Assembly (NCBI RefSeq): GCF_009834535.1
Contig: NC_045697.1
Coordinates: 10,728,001 to 10,792,000 of the forward strand
DNA from: Camelus ferus
Lineage: Eukaryota
DNA: 64,000 nucleotides
Reading direction: 5' to 3'
Shown: one piece after another, positions 61,201 through 64,000 of the stretch
Position numbering within the stretch: position 1 is the first letter of the stretch
Layout of the letters: each line of letters starts with the position of its first letter
Notes under the pieces: generated by a model
Database searches by the model: none
What the model saw: only the letters and a program-made list of their open reading frames with translations
Told to the model about the DNA's origin: nothing
Translations under genes and position numbers: made by a program

Positions 61201-64000
61201 ATAAAATTCTTACAAACCCTTTTCAGATTTTTGGGCCCCTGGGTTAAAAAAAAGCTAGATATTTGCCGACACTATGAAGATTTGTGGAGCAGTATGAGTC
61301 CTTAATTACAGAAGGGCTTTGTAATTGAGTCTAAAATTTGAATGCCAAGAATTCAAATGCAGTTGCTTTATTGATACCACATCTAAGGCGGGCCATCTTT
61401 AACGTACCTTCATTATGATCTACGCGATAGTTCTTCATTGCTTTGCGTGACAAAGACTAATGTGCTTTCACTGAATTTTCCACTTCTCAGCCCAGGACTC
61501 AGGGTTTCTGTATCCTTTACAAGTTTCCCATGTTGTACCTATGTATACCTAAATCTAAAAACACCGCTTGAAAGTGGCATTTACCAGCAACTGAAATGGT
61601 GTTTGAGATTATTACTGTCATACGATTAATTTGGTAGTGTAGTTTCAGTATAGACTGAATAGAGTACAGTCTAAATTAATTCTATATTTCTTAGTTGAAA
61701 ATTTATTTTAGCGGTACATGACTTCTTTTTTCCAAACCATAAATACCACGTTTCTAATTCACAAAATGTAGTGCTGAGTTTAATTTATTCAGCATTGTTT
61801 TCAGAGAGGAAAGTATGAGTTGATGCTTTTAAAAAATTCGAAAAGCTTTGCAACTGATGTGCTAAAGAAATAAAATACACTGTGGGGCCCAGAGCAAGCC
61901 TTTGCAGTAAATCTATGTGAGCTTATTGAATCTCCAAGTTGCAGTAATAATATTTGCAGTCTTCAGCAATCATTTTTGGACTGATACTTACTAGGTTTTA
62001 TCCTGTCTGGGCTTTATTCCATGGGTTTCGAAAGGACATCGACTCAGTTTGTTTCTGGAAGATGTAGCACAAATTGAATAATGTGCTTTTGATCCTAATG
62101 TACCTGTTACAACTTAACTAAAATGGTCATGAGCAAAATCTTACTTCTAAAAGCATTTCTCTGGCACAGGAATATAGGACTGAAACTATTTTAAATAGGA
62201 CCTACTGAAAATTGTATTTTGTCACAAGAAATGTTTTATAAAAGATCTTTTGTGGGTTCTGTTTATGTAATAAAAAGTCTATGAACATAAATCCATCCAT
62301 GCGTTATTGGCTAATGGGACCTTTTCTTCATGATCAGATATAAAGTTTGTTTCATATTAAATTTTAAATTTCTGGAAAATTCCAAAATACTGATGAAAGA
62401 GACTGTGGGGATGGCTTAGCAAGCTTTCCAGTCCAGATTTCTCTCTTTGAGGAGAAAGAACATTGTTCATTTTTCATTATCCCCAAATTACAAAAAAAAA
62501 AAAAAAATAGACATACCATGTTTAGAAGGGTTTTAATCATCGGGTCAGTTAATTAACGAGAATCCACTTGCAGAATGAACTCAGACTTTCTAGTAAATTT
62601 TGATAACTTTCAAAACCCTTCCTTATAATTGCAGCCAACAAAGGCTTTAATACTAGGATTTATGCAGCAGAGAAGATTGTATGTATCACTTGCTTCATGT
62701 TACCTGCCCTTTCGGGTTTTGCCTTCCGGAATTTTTTATTGTCTTGTTTTTATTATTCCCTGGTGGTGAATTATTTATTGCTTCTTCTGGCCACTTATCA
62801 AGTAGTAGTTGGTAGTCAGATTTTACATGCTATTTAGGATAAATTTTTACTTTCTTCTAGTGTTTCTGGGTAAACTCTCTTGGATCAAAATAACTGAATA
62901 CTTTTTCTCTTGACTTCCATGCCCTTTAAGTTCTTCTGGGCGGTGATCATGCACTCCGCCCCTTGTAGTTAGCTTCCCTTCTGCTCATGAATCAGTGTTT
63001 CCATTCTAACAGTTTTTCTATTTCTCCTTTTTGTTTCTGAGATAGTTAAAAATGAATGTACTTCCTTGGGTCTTATAAACATCTATTTAAATTTTCTCCC
63101 TTCTTTTGCAAACTCAAGTTTCTCTCTCTCTTTTGTCTTTGTTACCAAAATGTGTTACAAATGCATAATAGATTTTTAGATTCTCAAAATAATCCTTTCT
63201 TTTAGGGTTTCTGCTATCCAGGTTTTAGAAATTTATTTATATGAGTTCAAGGCCTTGGATTTTCCAATTGCTCTTTTATAAGCATCTGTTACAGTCTCGT
63301 CTTCTTTTCAATAGTCTGAGTTTATGTTTATACGTAAAATCCTTCTGTTGTTTCTGACATTTTCTAATTTAGTATCAATTTCAAATAGTGAATGGCTTTT
63401 ACTTCATCTTCCATATGGATGCTTAAAAAACACTATAACTTAGACGTAAGGTTTCATGGAGGAGAACAGTACTGTGGCTAATTTTTCAAAATAGCAATAA
63501 AAAGAAAACATTTATTGTGTCTTTAGCAAGCATTATTTTCTTGGGACAGTTTTATCCTCCTAATTATGCTTTGCCTAAGCTGATGCTAGCATTGATTCAC
63601 ATGCCCGTGAGCTTATGCCCACTGATGACAGATATATGCTGGGGTTAAAAACATGGCATGGCTAATTCACACATAAATGTCTGATTGCTAAGGAAATTGA
63701 GGCTAAATCAGACGCTGGTCACTTTTTGTCATCTCTTTGCTTTCACTCTAACCTTTCATCCATATTCTTAGCTCTGTAATAACACCAAATATATAAATAA
63801 AAATTCATTTCTAGTGCTGCAAATCATTTTTAAATACTCAATATTTATTATGCTGGGATTTATGATCTGGCATGGTTAGCTAGATACCCCTTTTCTGGAT
63901 GATATTAAGTTTCATGCAATTTGATTTGATTTTTACAAGCTTGTTAATGCTCTTTATAGTTTCTAGTTTATCTTGGTGCAGACAATAAAATCAATCTTGT

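Noticed and set aside
61509..61520. GTATCCTTT U12-like donor on the + strand (also ATATCCTTT at ~34323)
   Set aside because: No matching exon or downstream U12 branch site found. The 34323 copy is antisense to TAPT1.
1..64000. CRISPR arrays, operons, tRNA/rRNA or snoRNA genes
   Set aside because: This is an intron-rich mammalian locus. I saw no repeat-spacer arrays or recognisable structured RNA genes, but an Rfam/Infernal scan would be needed to exclude small ncRNAs.

Overview
Mammalian genomic DNA, probably a cetartiodactyl and possibly a camelid. The L1 3' ends look cetartiodactyl-type, and I recognised no Alu, B1, Bov-tA, PRE-1 or CanSINE elements. The window holds the complete coding region of TAPT1 (transmembrane anterior-posterior transformation 1) on the minus strand: 14 coding exons from ATG 57666 to TAA 650, 1782 nt, 593 aa. 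All junctions were read manually and their phases are consistent. The window also has a CpG-island promoter that is probably bidirectional (TAPT1-AS1-like on +) and ordinary intronic repeats (L1, L2, MIR, MLT1, Tigger, MER5, microsatellites). Points worth a second look: (1) intron 5 is a U12 minor-spliceosome intron; (2) relative to the human protein as I recall it, the stop codon is frameshifted, giving a 26-aa Cys-containing C-terminal extension, and the last-exon acceptor is shifted 12 nt onto a NAGNAG; (3) three candidate poison cassette exons lie in introns 2 and 3; (4) there are in-frame and out-of-frame upstream ATGs; (5) one L1 has a double A-tail; (6) two short L1 tails share the same 5' breakpoint; (7) there is a diverged ~155-bp local duplication. 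There is no prokaryotic-type system, and most ORF-track entries are spurious.
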